39,408 nucleotides of DNA from positions 1-39,408 of the IMG/VR virus record IMGVR_UViG_2917849834_000006. One strand, given 5' to 3'. The position numbers and the translations under genes were made by a program. A model generated the notes under the pieces. It saw only the letters and a list, made by a program, of their open reading frames with translations, had not been told where the DNA came from and did not search any database. This DNA comes from a virus (Duplodnaviria > Heunggongvirae > Uroviricota > Caudoviricetes). Shown here in pieces: positions 36,532 through 39,408 of this stretch; within the stretch, counting starts at the first letter, position 1; every line of letters begins with the position of its first letter.

Positions 36532-36806
36532 AAGATTTAACTTTGAAGTTTCATGACAAACTGCAGTTTAAGGCCTTCCTGTCATCTCTTGGCTGGGCGG
36601 AAGATGAAGACCTCCAGAATAAACTGTTAGTTGATGAAATTGGTGTCACCTACACAGAAACAGGGGTAACTGAAGAGGGAGAACCTGTCTGTATCCGGAA
36701 TGACGGTTATTTTGTCAACATTCGTATTCTTGATGACTTGTTTGATGTTTCTGTATTCTCTGATTATGTCGTGGAGCTGGAAACACCGCTTCGGGAATGG
36801 AGCTGA
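36528..36806 (+). CDS. Hypothetical protein, possibly a tail fibre assembly chaperone
   Basis: 92 aa, acidic, ATGA overlap with the tail fibre gene; function inferred from position only. Confidence 0.4.
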   Translation: MKDLTLKFHDKLQFKAFLSSLGWAEDEDLQNKLLVDEIGVTYTETGVTEEGEPVCIRNDGYFVNIRILDDLFDVSVFSDYVVELETPLREWS

Positions 36807-36818
36807 AAGGAGGAAATA

Positions 36819-37104
36819 ATGGATATAAGCCCCTTACTTCATGCACTTTGTGCTGTAGCTGCGCAGATACTGGTTGGTCTTTTTACCGGAAACTGGGTTT
36901 ACGGTGCGATAGCCGGTTGTACGTTCTTCATTGCGCGTGAACACACCTAGGCAGAATATCGCTGGATTGAAATGTTCGGGCATGGCAAGCGTATGAATAT
37001 GCCGTGGTGGGGCGGTTTTGATCCACGTGCTTGGGATGTGGCAAGCCTGATGGATTTTGCGGTGCCGGTGGTAGCGTGTCTGCTGGTCTGGCTGTTTATC
37101 CGTT
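36819..37104 (+). pseudogene. Small membrane-protein ORF interrupted by an in-frame TAG (amber) after codon 43
   Basis: Strong RBS AAGGAGG before the ATG at 36819; MDISPLLHALCAVAAQILVGLFTGNWVYGAIAGCTFFIAREHT-TAG-AEYRWIEMFGHGKRMNMPWWGGFDPRAWDVASLMDFAVPVVACLLVWLFIR; frame stays protein-like after the stop. Confidence 0.45.
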
Positions 37105-37112
37105 AAACATAA

Positions 37113-37148
37113 AAAGCCGCAGCAACTTGTCATGGCAGGATACTGCGG
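37113..37148 (-). terminator. Hairpin between convergent genes, candidate terminator of the RT operon
   Basis: AGCCGCAG … CTGCGGCT 8-bp stem with 20-nt loop; T-rich tract follows on the minus strand. Confidence 0.45.
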
Positions 37149-37213
37149 CTGGTTTGTGAGTTTAAATAGTGTGTTTATTACGGTATATTTAAAGGACTTA
37201 ATGGATTACATAT

Positions 37214-38590
37214 CTATGATATTCCTGAAATATCCTCTTCAAGTTCTTTTACTGATTTCGCAATTTTAAATTTAAATTTCCTCTCTATTTCACTATTGCT
37301 AAGTTTTTTTTCCTTCTCTTTCCCTATCCACATAGAAACAAGTTCTCGTTTCTGAGATATATGTAGATTGTCAAAGTTAGGTATGTATTTAAAAGTCTCC
37401 GCTCTACCTCTGCGGAGTTCATAGAAAGTTTTAATCAAAGACTTTGGTTTTATTTCTGATAAAAGGCCGAATCGGCGGATAAGATTATTGATAGTATGAT
37501 TAACAGAGCGAAGTTGAGCTGTTGAGGTTATTTGTGAGAAGTACGATACCCATCCCAATCGTTTACCTTCAAACACACATCCCGTAATTCTGAGATTTAG
37601 TTTCCACTGACAATATGCAACAGCTCGTTCTTTATCGCGCTTACTTTTAGCTTGTAGTAGAGCGTGCCTATATGCAGTAAAAATTTTTGCTAAGGATGAC
37701 TCAAATCTAAGAATGCTCTCATGTTTTATCAATAATTCTCGATTTTCTATGTGGTATCCCAAAAAGTTAAAACTTTCATCCAAGCTGCCTACTTTGGATT
37801 TTGAGTTCTCTTCATTTAATGGATGTGGGTTTAAATTTAATGATTGAAGCTTATCAATGATATGAGATGTTATTTTTGTTGCTTGATATTTGGGCGTTAA
37901 AATAAGAATGTCATCAACGTATCGCATGTACCATATGCCATGCATTTTATTGATTTCATCATCGAAATTAGATAGTGATATTTCAGCTAAAATGTTTGAT
38001 ATCGCTAATCCCTGAGGTACTCCTCTGGTATTATTAGGGATACCTTTGCTTCCTGTACTTCCACTTACAGTAGGTACGATTAATGATGATGTTATTAACT
38101 GTCTAATTTCTTTTTTTCTAATCTTATTTTTTATTGCATTAAATATCAATTTATGTTCAATTGAAGGATAGAAACTTTTAAGATCTATTTTTGCATATTC
38201 AGCATATAGACTGCAGTTTAATGCTTCTTTCAATGAGTCAATTACTGTATGTGGTAGTTTTAATCTGGAATTAGGATATATTTCCGTAAGGCATTCACAG
38301 AGAGCCCTAAGAGTAATTCTGTCCCTAGCAGTTGGTATGGAAATCTGTCTGGGGGTAGAGTTAGCCCCTTTAGATATTAATTTTTCTTTATATGCTGTAA
38401 ATTTATAATTGCCAGAATTAACCTTTTCAAAAATGAAAGTGATCTCATTGTTTATTGTTAAATCAAGTTTTGATGGGCGAATCCGATCTATGCCAATCGC
38501 TCCTGATTCTTTGATTTTTTCAGTGTATACTTTTAGAAGGTTTTTTTTCGAGAATGACTTTTTAAAAATTCTACTTGCAGTCATAGTCAA
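37214..38590 (-). CDS. Reverse transcriptase (prokaryotic defence-type; retron/Abi/DRT-like, family unassigned)
   Basis: RT motifs read in translation: PRQISIPTARDRITLRAL, IDLKSFYPSI, GVPQGLAISNILAEI, WYMRYVDDILIL (YVDD catalytic box), FLGYHI; C-terminal extension of about 150 aa; about 30% GC; track start is TTG, an ATG lies at 38584. Confidence 0.9.
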   Translation of the reverse strand: MTMTASRIFKKSFSKKNLLKVYTEKIKESGAIGIDRIRPSKLDLTINNEITFIFEKVNSGNYKFTAYKEKLISKGANSTPRQISIPTARDRITLRALCECLTEIYPNSRLKLPHTVIDSLKEALNCSLYAEYAKIDLKSFYPSIEHKLIFNAIKNKIRKKEIRQLITSSLIVPTVSGSTGSKGIPNNTRGVPQGLAISNILAEISLSNFDDEINKMHGIWYMRYVDDILILTPKYQATKITSHIIDKLQSLNLNPHPLNEENSKSKVGSLDESFNFLGYHIENRELLIKHESILRFESSLAKIFTAYRHALLQAKSKRDKERAVAYCQWKLNLRITGCVFEGKRLGWVSYFSQITSTAQLRSVNHTINNLIRRFGLLSEIKPKSLIKTFYELRRGRAETFKYIPNFDNLHISQKRELVSMWIGKEKEKKLSNSEIERKFKFKIAKSVKELEEDISGIS

Positions 38591-39113
38591 TCCAAAGATA
38601 TATTAATGGTAGTATATAAAGTGCGGCAGTAATAAATATTCGAAGTAATATCCATAAATTAACAATTATTTTTTCTTTTTGTGTGGGGAGCCTCGTCGTA
38701 AGTCCAACTTGAGTTACCCTTGAAACTTTATCATCTATCTCACGATGATTCTCAACCTCATTGAGCAAATTAAAATATTTTTCTTTCTGTTCAGGAGTTA
38801 ATTGTTGGCCGTTGGTAATGTCAAAATAGAGTCGCTGTAGTGCAATATAATTCCTTCTCATGGCTATTGCTCGACCACGAAAATCTAGGTTAGATACGAT
38901 CAGAGAAATACCTAGTAGAGCCACTGAAAGTATCGCTGCAACGATATCTGTATTATCTCCTAGAACTTTTGGAAATCGTAACGTTACAATTGAAAGCACC
39001 GCACTCAATATAGCATACCAAACGAGGATTAATTGAGAGTGTTTTTCAAGCCATTCTAGTCGATGGTGCGCTTGGATACGGGCTTTATATGTAAACCAAA
39101 TATTGTCATGCAT
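38571..39113 (-). CDS. Small multi-pass membrane protein co-transcribed upstream of the RT (candidate effector)
   Basis: 180 aa; three hydrophobic helices (about residues 27-45, 57-77, 152-176) around a charged middle region; AGGA RBS; ends 8 nt before the RT ATG; same low GC. Confidence 0.7.
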   Translation of the reverse strand: MHDNIWFTYKARIQAHHRLEWLEKHSQLILVWYAILSAVLSIVTLRFPKVLGDNTDIVAAILSVALLGISLIVSNLDFRGRAIAMRRNYIALQRLYFDITNGQQLTPEQKEKYFNLLNEVENHREIDDKVSRVTQVGLTTRLPTQKEKIIVNLWILLRIFITAALYILPLIYLWIDYDCK

Positions 39114-39134
39114 AAAAGATCCTTTTTTAAAAGC

Positions 39135-39275
39135 GGAAGGGGCAGGATATATTGGAACCGTTGAACATCCTGCCCGGCAGGATCAGTGAGCATAAGCTCA
39201 ACAGTAAAATATTACTGTTCATTATCAGAGCCGCCCTTGCATGCGCAAGAGGAAAAACCTGCCCCATCCTTTTGA
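39135..39275 (-). ncRNA. Candidate structured non-coding RNA upstream of the membrane-protein/RT operon (possible msr-msd-like element)
   Basis: Nested inverted repeats: GGGCAGGAT (39140-39148) with ATCCTGCCC (39167-39175); GGAAGGGGCAGG (39135-39146) with CCTGCCCCATCC (39258-39269); small hairpins CTTGC-gcat-GCAAG and CAGTAA-tatt-TTACTG; no ORF. Confidence 0.25.
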
Positions 39276-39408
39276 ATTATTACAATTTAATGATCTTAAA
39301 GTCAATACAAGTGAATGGTGTCCAGGGATGATGAACTTAATGAACAAACCACTCGTCAGCAGACTCCCAAGTATCTTTCAGAGTTTCCTGAACAACAGTT
39401 TTAGCTGA

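Noticed and set aside
36834-37133. 99-aa ORF on the minus strand
   Set aside because: Cys/His/Arg-rich junk-like translation with no RBS; the plus-strand amber-interrupted ORF with a strong RBS explains this region better.
37214-38590. Diversity-generating retroelement acting on the adjacent tail fibre
   Set aside because: No template/variable repeat pair was seen between the tail fibre 3' end and the RT flanks, the RT is on the opposite strand, and its motif 4 has QG rather than the SQ-type signature I associate with DGR RTs; not fully excluded without a computed repeat search.

Overview
This window is almost entirely a lambdoid prophage (about 50-55% GC) with a low-GC accessory module at its right end. 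Left junction: the first ~21 codons of what I recognise as prfC (91-165) run into phage DNA, so the prophage appears to be inserted in the 5' end of prfC; no tRNA is present. Gene order, left to right: tyrosine integrase (+), two low-GC cargo ORFs, a leftward early operon (excisionase, DUF551-like proteins, HD-domain hydrolase), a cI-like repressor (-) divergent from a cro-like gene (+) with 17-bp operators, then CII-like, replication initiator with iteron-like repeats, Dam methyltransferase, RusA, KilA-N, DUF968 and Q antiterminator. A lambda-type lysis cassette follows (holin, R endolysin, overlapping Rz/Rz1), then HK97-type packaging and head genes (HNH endonuclease, small and large terminase, portal, protease, major capsid, connectors) and a lambda-type tail (major tail protein, G/T chaperones with a -1 frameshift site, tape measure, M, L, K, I, J, side tail fibre). 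The most interesting region is downstream of the tail fibre genes: a ~30% GC two-gene operon on the minus strand encoding a 3-TM membrane protein and a 458-aa reverse transcriptase, preceded by an inverted-repeat-rich non-coding region. This looks like a retron/Abi/DRT-like RT-based defence module, but family assignment and function cannot be established from sequence alone. All homology statements are from reading the translations and recalled family knowledge; no searches were run.
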